Of a stretch of 64,000 bases of DNA, positions 56,578-64,000 are shown piece by piece. The notes beneath the pieces were generated by a model. The model was not told the DNA's origin. It made no database searches and saw nothing but the letters and a program-made list of their open reading frames with translations. Position numbers and translations under genes: made by a program. The stretch is taken from the IMG/VR virus record IMGVR_UViG_3300044609_000988, positions 17,109-81,108 of that record. One strand, written 5' to 3'. The stretch is from a virus. Position 1 is the first letter of the stretch; each line of letters opens with the position of its first letter.

Positions 56578-57090
56578 ATGACTGCTGAATGGTATAAGGA
56601 GCAACCACAAAATAGGAACTTTCTTACTCCTGTAGGTTTTCAATTAAAATTAGAATTATTTGATGGCGTAGATTTTTTCTGTCAAAAAGCAAATCTACCT
56701 GGCATTAATATGCCTTTCACAGAAGTTCCTACTAGGTTCAGAAATTTTCCTATTGTTCCTGGTGGCGGAGTTACATATGAAGATTTTAATGTAACGTTTA
56801 TTATTGATGAAAATTTAAAAAATTACAATGCCGTCCAGAAATGGATGAGAGAATTTGGAAATGCTGAGCAGAACCATCAGGGTCCTGTAGATTATTCTAG
56901 AGGTCAGTTAATGATAGTTACTTCAAACTTCAATCCAGCATTTTTTGTTGATTTTGAGAACCTATTCCCAATCAGTTTAACACCAATTGATTTTGATGCC
57001 ACTGTAGATGATATCGAATACTTTACCGCACAGGTAACATTTAAGTATACTAATTTTACTCTTCGTGATAAAAACTTTACATTACTATGA
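56578..57090 (+). CDS. gp3: Tail completion / tube terminator gp3
   Basis: NRNFLTPVGF…VDFFCQKANLPGI…FIIDENLKNY…FENLFPISL. ATG 56578 is preferred because the ORF-track start runs through the terminator. Confidence 0.9.
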   Translation: MTAEWYKEQPQNRNFLTPVGFQLKLELFDGVDFFCQKANLPGINMPFTEVPTRFRNFPIVPGGGVTYEDFNVTFIIDENLKNYNAVQKWMREFGNAEQNHQGPVDYSRGQLMIVTSNFNPAFFVDFENLFPISLTPIDFDATVDDIEYFTAQVTFKYTNFTLRDKNFTLL

Positions 57091-57563
57091 AATTTGAAAA
57101 CATCGTTAAATTATTTGAAACAATTAAAGAAGAATGGTCAATTGACAGTCATATTGATTTTCAATTTAAAAACAAACAATACACCGAGGATCTTGGTAAA
57201 TTAGCATTAGAGATCCCTTTTCAGCACAATAAATATTTAAACTACTACACAGATCTTAGCCAAGTTAAAACTTCACTAGAGTTTGAATACAGGCGTGTAG
57301 TAAAAGAAAAAAGAGAATATTATTCTGGCGAAGCAGACGCCAAAGTGTATGCCGAGAAACCTTTCGGCACAAGTATTAAAACAGCAGAAAAAATGAGAAC
57401 CTATCTGGAATCAGATGAGGATATCATTAACATCGAAGCAAAAATTAAATACGTTGAACAGGCACTTTACTTCCTGGACAGTGTAATGAAAATGATTTCC
57501 AATCGTGGATTTCAAATCAAATCGGCTATTGACTGGGAAAAATTTATTAATGGTACTACCTAA
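57087..57563 (+). CDS. uvsY: Recombination mediator UvsY
   Basis: EYYSGEA….Y..KPF; RGFQIKSAIDWEKF; precedes uvsW. Confidence 0.9.
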   Translation: MKFENIVKLFETIKEEWSIDSHIDFQFKNKQYTEDLGKLALEIPFQHNKYLNYYTDLSQVKTSLEFEYRRVVKEKREYYSGEADAKVYAEKPFGTSIKTAEKMRTYLESDEDIINIEAKIKYVEQALYFLDSVMKMISNRGFQIKSAIDWEKFINGTT

Positions 57564-59026
57564 TGTCCAGATTAGTTATTAGAAAAAAGAACGAAGTATT
57601 TTTACAGATTCAAGCAGAACCTTATATTCACCAAGAATTATCTGATTACTTTACTTTTGAAGTTCCTGAAGCTAAATTTCTAAAAAGAAATCCTAAGTAC
57701 AAATATTGGGACGGAACCATTCGTTTGTATTCACCTGGCACAGGAGAGCTGTATGCTGGGTTATACAATCACCTTGTTCAATGGTGCAAAGAAAAACAGT
57801 ACTCATTAGAATCTGTTAACAATGATTGGTATGGCAGTGCTGAAGATGTAAATGATTTTGTATCTCCAGTTGGTGTCAAAGATTTTGTTGATAAAATTTC
57901 TAACATCAAAGCAAGAGATTATCAATACTACACGGTTTACCTCGCCCTCAAATATCACAGGGGATTATTTCTCTCCCCAACAGGCTCTGGCAAATCGTTA
58001 ATGATTTATTCTCTTGTTAGATATTATCACGCCACAGATAAAAAAATTCTTATCATTGTTCCTACTACATCACTGGTGGAACAAATGGTAAAAGATTTTA
58101 CTGATTATGGATGGAATGTTGAAGAACATATTCACAAAATTTATTCAGGTAAAGAAAAAAATTCTGATAAACCTATCATTGTTACAACATGGCAATCCAT
58201 TTATAAATTCCCTAAAAGATATTTTGATGACATTGATTGTGTAATTGGTGACGAAGCACACTTGTTTAAATCTAAATCACTTACTGGTATTATGGAAAAG
58301 CTTCATAATGCCAAGTATCGTTTTGGTTTCACTGGAACACTTGATGGAACTAAAACACACAAGTGGGTTCTCGAAGGTCTCTTTGGTGCTTGTGAAAAAG
58401 TAACCAAAACCGATGATCTAATTAAGAAAGGACATCTATCCAATCTTCGTATTAAGATTCTTCTGTGTAAGCATGAGTATCAATATTTTGAAGATTATCA
58501 TCAAGAGATGGAATTTATTGTCACAAATAAGAAACGAAATAATCTCATTAAAAATTTAGTGAATGATCTTGATGGCAATACATTAGTTTTGTTTAACTAT
58601 GTTGAAAAGCATGGTGAGCCATTATTTGAATTAATAAATACCACTGTAAATAATGATCGTAAAGTATTTTTTGTACACGGATCAGTTGATACAGATGATC
58701 GTGAAGAAGTAAGGAAAATTACTGAGCAAGAAAGTAATGCTGTTATTATTGCTTCCTACGGAACGTTTAGCACTGGTATTAATATTAAACGTCTTCATAA
58801 TATTATATTTGCTTCACCATCTAAATCTCGTATCAGGAATCTCCAAAGTATTGGAAGAGTACTTAGAAAAGGAGAAGGAAAAGAAATAGCTACTCTTTAT
58901 GATATTGCTGATGATGTTTCTTCTAGAACAAAACAAAATTATACGTTAAGGCATTTACAAGAAAGAATTAAAATTTATCAAGAAGAGAATTTTAAATACG
59001 AAATTATAAAGGTAAATCTACAATGA
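57563..59026 (+). CDS. uvsW: SF2 DNA helicase UvsW
   Basis: WDGTIRL; SPTGSGKS; GDEAH; GFTGT; QSIGRVLR. Confidence 0.96.
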   Translation: MSRLVIRKKNEVFLQIQAEPYIHQELSDYFTFEVPEAKFLKRNPKYKYWDGTIRLYSPGTGELYAGLYNHLVQWCKEKQYSLESVNNDWYGSAEDVNDFVSPVGVKDFVDKISNIKARDYQYYTVYLALKYHRGLFLSPTGSGKSLMIYSLVRYYHATDKKILIIVPTTSLVEQMVKDFTDYGWNVEEHIHKIYSGKEKNSDKPIIVTTWQSIYKFPKRYFDDIDCVIGDEAHLFKSKSLTGIMEKLHNAKYRFGFTGTLDGTKTHKWVLEGLFGACEKVTKTDDLIKKGHLSNLRIKILLCKHEYQYFEDYHQEMEFIVTNKKRNNLIKNLVNDLDGNTLVLFNYVEKHGEPLFELINTTVNNDRKVFFVHGSVDTDDREEVRKITEQESNAVIIASYGTFSTGINIKRLHNIIFASPSKSRIRNLQSIGRVLRKGEGKEIATLYDIADDVSSRTKQNYTLRHLQERIKIYQEENFKYEIIKVNLQ

Positions 59027-59436
59027 TGGAAGAAGAGTTTTATTCAACACTAAAACTAACATCAGGTGAAGAAATAGTTGCTAAAGTATGCTATCTACCA
59101 GAAGAGAATTCTTTATTGGTAGAACAACCTATGTTAGTTGAAAAATTATCTCAAAAAAAGAATGGTAAATCTTTAGTAGGATTTGTTCTTAAGGAATGGA
59201 TAAATTCTACTTATGATACTTTATTTGTTATCAAGATGGAACAAGTAATTACTATGACTGAACTTGATAAAAGAGTAGAGAAATTTTATTTAAATAATTT
59301 AAGTAGTGATTACCAAGAGGAATCATCTGAAGATTCTATAGATATTAAACCAAAGAACTTTAGTAAAAGGATGGGTTACTTAGGATCTGTTAAGGAAACT
59401 AAAAAGTTTCTTGAAGACATCTATAAAAAGTCCTAA
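59023..59436 (+). CDS. Conserved hypothetical protein (Sm-like N-terminus KLTSGEEIVAKV)
   Basis: Typical gene between uvsW and gp55 in T4-like cyanophages; C-terminal MGYLGSV…LE.IYK. Confidence 0.75.
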   Translation: MMEEEFYSTLKLTSGEEIVAKVCYLPEENSLLVEQPMLVEKLSQKKNGKSLVGFVLKEWINSTYDTLFVIKMEQVITMTELDKRVEKFYLNNLSSDYQEESSEDSIDIKPKNFSKRMGYLGSVKETKKFLEDIYKKS

Positions 59437-59486
59437 AGTAATTTAAAGTATTTAAAGATATTATTCATCTGAACCTTGACAGAGTT

Positions 59487-59515
59487 ATCCTACTCGGTTT
59501 CTGAGGTTTTGTCAA
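59487..59515 (-). promoter_or_regulatory. Antisense-facing sigma70-like promoter (TTGACA-17-TAGGAT)
   Basis: Minus strand: -35 at 59515-59510, 17-nt spacer, -10 at 59492-59487. Confidence 0.5.
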
Positions 59516-59520
59516 CCCCC

Positions 59521-59549
59521 TTGACAAACCCATCTGGATGGTGTATAGT
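59521..59549 (+). promoter_or_regulatory. Sigma70-like early/middle promoter for gp55 (TTGACA-17-TATAGT)
   Basis: Perfect -35, 17-nt spacer, 5/6 match at -10. Confidence 0.85.
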
Positions 59550-59582
59550 GATACCATAACAATTTGGATAGAGATATGGGCT

Positions 59583-60074
59583 ATGGCAAAAAAGAAAACA
59601 GAGAATTACGTCAATAATAAAGAATTCTTAGAGGCTATTTCTGTCTATAGGAAAAAGGTTATTGATGCCAAAGAGCAAGGAAAACCAAAGCCGAGAGTTC
59701 CCAATTATATTGGCGACTGCTTTCTTAAAATTGCTACACACCTATCATACAAACCAAACTTTGTAAACTATATGTTCCGTGATGAGATGATCTCAGACGG
59801 CATTGAAAATTGTTTACAATACATTCATAACTTTGATCCAGAAAAATCTAGTAATCCTTTTGCTTATTTTACTCAGGTAATTTATTTTGCCTTCTTGAGG
59901 CGAATTGCTAAAGAGAAAAAGCAATTAGAAATCAAAACAAAGATTCTAGAAAGAACTGGGTACGATCATGTAATGTATACCGAAAGTTTCGAAGGAGACA
60001 TGGCAGGACTTAATCAAAATTATTCTGATATGTCTGGCATCAAAGAAAACCTGGAGATCAAGAACAAACGATGA
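59583..60074 (+). CDS. gp55: Late-transcription sigma factor gp55
   Basis: YVNNKEFL; IATHLSYKPNF.NY..RDEMISDGIENC; NPFAYFTQ. ATG 59583 is preferred because the longer ORF start overlaps the promoter. Confidence 0.96.
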   Translation: MAKKKTENYVNNKEFLEAISVYRKKVIDAKEQGKPKPRVPNYIGDCFLKIATHLSYKPNFVNYMFRDEMISDGIENCLQYIHNFDPEKSSNPFAYFTQVIYFAFLRRIAKEKKQLEIKTKILERTGYDHVMYTESFEGDMAGLNQNYSDMSGIKENLEIKNKR

Positions 60075-61120
60075 CCGTAGCATTGATTACCGACCAGCAT
60101 TTAGATGGACGTAAGGGTAGTGTTATTTTCTGGGAATACTTTAAGGAGTTTTATGACAATGTGTTTTTTCCAACATTGGAAGAACAGGGAATATCTACCA
60201 TTATCGACCTCGGAGATACGTTCGATAATCGTAAGGGCATTGATTTTAATGTTTGGAATCGTATTCGCCGTCATTACTTTGACCGTATCCGTGAGCTTGG
60301 CATTACTCTTCATATGATCACGGGGAATCATGATGTGTATTATAAAAACACAAATGATATAAATTCTCCAGAGCTTCTTCTTTCCGACTATGACAACATC
60401 ATCGTCTACTCAAAACCCACCACCACAACTATTGAGGGCATTCCTATTTGTATGCTCCCTTGGATCAATTCTGAAAATGAAGCAGAAACACTTGAACATC
60501 TAAAACAGACATCAGCTAAAATTGTGATGGGTCATCTTGAACTGAATGGGTTTGAGGTTTCGCCTGGGATGCTTCATGAAGGTGGTATGGAGCCAGATGT
60601 ATTCTTTAAATTCAAGCAAGTATTTTCAGGACACTTTCATCACAAGTCAAGTCGTGGTAACATCACTTACTTAGGCAACCCCTACCAGATGTTCTGGAAT
60701 GATTACAAAGATCCCAGAGGATTTCATCTTTATGAGCCGTCATCCAATAAGTTACGTTTCGTCAAAAACCCATACGAAATTTTCCAGAAGATTTATTATG
60801 ATGATGCTGATCCTAATTACAGCGTCGATCCCAGTGAGTATTCAAACACTTTTGTTAAGGTTGTCGTAGAGAACAAAAATGACTTTTTTAAATTTGAAAA
60901 GTTAGTTGAAAATCTTTATGAAGCTGGTGTTCATGATTTAAAAATTGTAGAAAACCTTGTGGAAAAAGACACCACAAAACATGCGGATACTGATCTTGAA
61001 ATTAAAGATACTCTCTCACTTCTAAATGAATACATTGATGAAGTTGAGATGAACGTAAATAAGACTAACTTGAAGCAAATTATGAGATCACTATATATTG
61101 AAAGTTGTGAAGTAGTATGA
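60071..61120 (+). CDS. gp47: Recombination endonuclease gp47 (Mre11/SbcD-like)
   Basis: Metallophosphoesterase motifs TDQH, GDTFDNR, GNHD, GHLE and SGHFH. Confidence 0.95.
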   Translation: MTVALITDQHLDGRKGSVIFWEYFKEFYDNVFFPTLEEQGISTIIDLGDTFDNRKGIDFNVWNRIRRHYFDRIRELGITLHMITGNHDVYYKNTNDINSPELLLSDYDNIIVYSKPTTTTIEGIPICMLPWINSENEAETLEHLKQTSAKIVMGHLELNGFEVSPGMLHEGGMEPDVFFKFKQVFSGHFHHKSSRGNITYLGNPYQMFWNDYKDPRGFHLYEPSSNKLRFVKNPYEIFQKIYYDDADPNYSVDPSEYSNTFVKVVVENKNDFFKFEKLVENLYEAGVHDLKIVENLVEKDTTKHADTDLEIKDTLSLLNEYIDEVEMNVNKTNLKQIMRSLYIESCEVV

Positions 61121-61383
61121 TGTTTATCCTCACACTGAAGAATAATCCAGACGGAGTATTTTCCGTAATCGATGATGAAGGAGATCAAATCATTCCCATC
61201 TTCGAGTGTGAGGATGATGCTGAACGATATCAAGAACATCTCGAAATAGTAACAGAAAAGTATAAACTTCAGGTTGTAGAGATACCAGAAAAAGCAATTC
61301 TTTCTGCTTGCGAAGAGCGAGACCAAAAGTATGCTATAATAACAATTGATGACTTTATTATCCCGCCACATGATTTAGGATGA
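61117..61383 (+). CDS. DUF3110-like small protein
   Basis: G.FSV….IFECEDDAERY…L…V.E….C……I…D.IIPP resembles the cyanobacterial DUF3110 family (recalled, not searched). Confidence 0.65.
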   Translation: MMFILTLKNNPDGVFSVIDDEGDQIIPIFECEDDAERYQEHLEIVTEKYKLQVVEIPEKAILSACEERDQKYAIITIDDFIIPPHDLG

Positions 61384-63119
61384 TTGTATTTAAAACTTTA
61401 AAATGGAAAAACTTCCTTTCAACAGGAAACACTTTCACTGAGTTTAATCTCAACGGTGCCAAAACAAATTTAATTGTAGGAGCAAACGGAGCAGGCAAAA
61501 GCACTATTCTGGATGCTCTTACTTTTTCTTTGTTTGGAAAACCATTCAGAAAGATCAACAAACCAATGTTGATGAACAGTATTAATGGTGCCGATCTTGT
61601 TACCGAAATCGAATTTGAATCTGGCAAGAATCAATTCAAGATTGTTCGTGGTATTAAACCTGGGGTGTTTGAAATATGGCAGAATGGTTCCCTATTAGAT
61701 CAGTCATCATCCACGACTGACTACCAGAAATATCTTGAGCAAAATATTCTCAAGATGAATTACAAATCATTCACTCAGATTGTGGTTCTTGGATCATCAA
61801 CTTTTGTTCCATTCATGAGGTTGCCCGTAGCATCTCGTAGAGAAATTATCGAAGACATTCTCGATATTCAAATTTTCTCTATCATGAATCTAAACCTGAA
61901 AGAAAAAATTAAAACTTCTGGTGATGAGTTGAAAGAGAAAGATTATGAGATTGATCTGCTGGAAGAAAAAATCTTAATGCAGAAAAATTTTATTGCTAAT
62001 CTTGAACTTCAAAACAAGAATGACATAGAAGAAAAGAGTAATAAGATTTCTAATCTTACTTCTCTCGAAAAGGAAGTTAATATTACAATTAAACAACTTG
62101 GCGAAGAAAGAAATGCTCTCAATAAAGAGATGAGCAATTTTGAAAATGCTACTACTAAACTTAAAAAACTTGGCAACCTCCGTGGTAAAATCCAACAGAA
62201 GTTTGCTTCTCATAAAAAAGAACATAAGTTCTTCACGGAAAATACTACATGTCCTACCTGTACTCAGCACATTAGCGACGAATTGCGTGACACTAAAGTA
62301 GCTGAGATTATGGGTTCTATCAAAGAACTTAAACAGGGCATGGAAGAAATGGAGGAAGCTATCAAGCTTGAAGAAGAACGTGAATCTAAGTTTACTGAGT
62401 TGAGTGAAAAATGGACCAGCCTTTTTAACAATATTCAGATTCATCAGTTTCAGGTTAGTTCCTACCAATCACAAATTCAAGATCTTCAAAAAGAAATTTC
62501 TGATCTTCAGAATAATAATTTTAGTCACAATGAAGAGTCTGCTAAACTTGCCGCTCTCCAAACAAAACTGGAGGAGTCCAAAAATCAGTTAACAACTATT
62601 AAGGAAGAACAAGAATGCCTTAGGGCAGCTGCTATGCTTTTGAAGGACAACGGAATCAAAACCCGTATCATCAAAAGATACTTACCTGTGATGAATGATC
62701 TCATCAATAAGTATCTTCAAAACATGGACTTCTATGTAAACTTTACATTGGATGAAAACTTTGAAGAAACTATCAAATCCAGATTCAGAGATTCTTTCTC
62801 ATATGAATCGTTCAGTGAAGGAGAAAAAGCTCGTATTGATATCGCTCTGCTGCTTACTTGGAGAGCTGTTGCTAAGCTTAAGAGTAGCGTGGATACTAAC
62901 CTCCTAATTCTTGACGAGATTTTTGATGGATCACTTGACACAAATGGTAGCAGTGAGCTAGGGTGGATACTTAAAAACTTTGATGACAATACTAATGTGT
63001 TTGTCATTTCCCACCGTGAGAACATGGAAGACAAGTTTGACAAAACTTGGAAGTGTGAAAAAATTAAAAACTTCAGCGTCGTCCGAGAGACAGTTAATGA
63101 AGTGGCACAGGAGGGGTGA
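61380..63119 (+). CDS. gp46: Recombination ATPase gp46 (Rad50/SbcC-like)
   Basis: GANGAGKST Walker A; CPTC zinc hook; FSEGE signature; LLILDE Walker B; VISH. Confidence 0.96.
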   Translation: MIVFKTLKWKNFLSTGNTFTEFNLNGAKTNLIVGANGAGKSTILDALTFSLFGKPFRKINKPMLMNSINGADLVTEIEFESGKNQFKIVRGIKPGVFEIWQNGSLLDQSSSTTDYQKYLEQNILKMNYKSFTQIVVLGSSTFVPFMRLPVASRREIIEDILDIQIFSIMNLNLKEKIKTSGDELKEKDYEIDLLEEKILMQKNFIANLELQNKNDIEEKSNKISNLTSLEKEVNITIKQLGEERNALNKEMSNFENATTKLKKLGNLRGKIQQKFASHKKEHKFFTENTTCPTCTQHISDELRDTKVAEIMGSIKELKQGMEEMEEAIKLEEERESKFTELSEKWTSLFNNIQIHQFQVSSYQSQIQDLQKEISDLQNNNFSHNEESAKLAALQTKLEESKNQLTTIKEEQECLRAAAMLLKDNGIKTRIIKRYLPVMNDLINKYLQNMDFYVNFTLDENFEETIKSRFRDSFSYESFSEGEKARIDIALLLTWRAVAKLKSSVDTNLLILDEIFDGSLDTNGSSELGWILKNFDDNTNVFVISHRENMEDKFDKTWKCEKIKNFSVVRETVNEVAQEG

Positions 63120-63133
63120 CACCCTCCTTTTTT
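63109..63133 (+). terminator. Terminator at the end of gp46
   Basis: AGGAGGG-GTGACA-CCCTCCT followed by a T run. Confidence 0.7.
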
Positions 63134-63145
63134 ATGGTCTATACT
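63116..63145 (+). promoter_or_regulatory. Sigma70-like early promoter (GTGACA-18-TATACT) for the peptidase gene
   Basis: 5/6 matches at both boxes; the -35 lies in the terminator loop; imperfect palindrome GACAGTT-N4-AAGTGGC(ACA) upstream at 63089-63109. Confidence 0.55.
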
Positions 63146-63167
63146 GACTTCAGTTGAAACGAAACCA

Positions 63168-64000
63168 ATGTCCCCCGTTAACCACGAAGTCAAAGGTACT
63201 CTTGCCAAACTGCTGGCAACGGAGAACCTCATCATTGAGCACAAGAAGGTGCCTACAGCATGTTTTGATGTCCAGCGCCGTGTCCTTACCCTGCCGATCT
63301 GGGACAGGGCTTCTGGGGTCGTATACGACCTTCTGGTGGGACATGAGGTAGGACATGCTATCTACACTCCTAATGAAGACTGGACTACTCAAGTTGCCGA
63401 GGGTGTACCCAAAGATTATGTGAACGTTGTGGAAGACGCTCGTATCGAGAAACTGATGAAGCGTAAGTTTCCTGGTCTCGCTCGTACTTTCTACAATGGT
63501 TATAGCGAACTCAACCGTGACGATTTCTTCAGCATTGCTGACGAAGATCTGAATGAACTGCCGCTTATTGATCGTATCAATCTTCATTTTAAGATTGGTG
63601 CTTACGCTCAAATGCCGTTCAATGAATTTGAGCAGCAGTTTGTTGAGATGATTGAAGGTGCCGAAACCTTCCAGCAAGTGCTGGCTATTTGTGATCTCAT
63701 TCACAAGTACGTGAAAGAAAAGTATCAAGAACAAATGACTATGCCTATGCCTTCTGATCAAGATGGCGAAGAAGGTTCTGGTTCTGGCTCTGGTATTTCC
63801 AATGGTCAATCTGATCAACAAATGTCCAGTGGTGATGGTGGCATGACCAAACCCTCTAATGAAGAAGGTCAAGATCAATCTGGTGGCAATAGTACTGCCC
63901 AAGATGCTCCTATTGGTTCTGGTGGCGGTGGTCCTAATGACCAGCAAAAGAATGAAGAAGTTTCTAAAACTCAGCAAGCATTTGATCAGCAAACAGAAAA
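63168..64000 (+). CDS. HEXXH metallopeptidase-like protein (CobT/VWA-associated type), truncated by the window end; not in ORF track
   Basis: MSPVNHEVKGTLAKLLATENL…FDVQRRVLTLPIW…YDLLVGHEVGHAIYTP…NVVEDARIEKLMKRKFPG, then an acidic Gly/Ser linker; no stop seen before base 64000. Confidence 0.88.
   Translation, partial: MSPVNHEVKGTLAKLLATENLIIEHKKVPTACFDVQRRVLTLPIWDRASGVVYDLLVGHEVGHAIYTPNEDWTTQVAEGVPKDYVNVVEDARIEKLMKRKFPGLARTFYNGYSELNRDDFFSIADEDLNELPLIDRINLHFKIGAYAQMPFNEFEQQFVEMIEGAETFQQVLAICDLIHKYVKEKYQEQMTMPMPSDQDGEEGSGSGSGISNGQSDQQMSSGDGGMTKPSNEEGQDQSGGNSTAQDAPIGSGGGGPNDQQKNEEVSKTQQAFDQQTE

Noticed and set aside
57930-57992. GC-richer patch in uvsW (ctcgccctc…aggggattatttctctcccc)
   Set aside because: It has no CGTA core or arm spacing and only a weak 5-bp stem; left for a PWM scan to decide.
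59538-59582. Extended N-terminus of gp55
   Set aside because: The start lies inside the promoter spacer; the family-like sequence begins at ATG 59583.
3177-62592. Numerous 60-170 aa minus-strand and alternative-frame ORFs nested in large genes
   Set aside because: They fully overlap well-supported + strand genes, show no recognisable motifs, and are expected antisense shadows of biased codon usage.
46878-63119. Introns, inteins or homing endonucleases in gp17, gp20, gp23, uvsW or gp46
   Set aside because: All are uninterrupted and of normal length; no LAGLIDADG, HNH, GIY-YIG or intein motifs were noticed.
63150-63992. 280-aa minus-strand ORF, and the 65-aa + ORF at 63154
   Set aside because: Both are shadows of the real + strand HEXXH peptidase starting at 63168, which the track missed because it runs off the window.
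1-64000. tRNA, rRNA or CRISPR loci
   Set aside because: Intergenic gaps are short and accounted for by promoters and terminators; no cloverleaf or repeat-spacer pattern was seen by eye.

Overview
The window is the virion-morphogenesis core of a large, AT-rich T4-like myovirus, very probably a cyanophage (Kyanoviridae-like). Every real gene is on the + strand. The order is gp25, gp6, gp7, gp8, a 2698-aa VrlC/DUF4815-like protein, two large fibre-type structural proteins, and an array of five putative adhesin genes (three fibrinogen-like, two Gly-rich) with small partners. It continues gp13-14-15-16, three small ORFs, gp17-18-19-20, a small core gene, gp21-22-23, gp3, uvsY, uvsW, gp55, gp47, a DUF3110-like gene, gp46 and a truncated HEXXH peptidase. 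T4-type late promoters (NATAAATA / CTAAATA) precede most structural genes, and sigma70-type promoters precede gp55 and the peptidase. I saw no tRNA, rRNA, CRISPR array, intron, intein or transposase. Three things stand out. (1) The 3077-aa fibre has four repeats that align by eye with phycobiliprotein helices, including the bilin-binding C-x-R-D motif; three of them appear nested. (2) A cryptic ~110-140 bp GC-rich two-armed DNA element recurs inside unrelated genes about every 14-18 kb, with one copy in the small terminase gene. (3) The adhesin cassettes share a near-identical 5' DNA module but have different lectin-like bodies. All product calls come from motif recognition and synteny by eye, with no database search.
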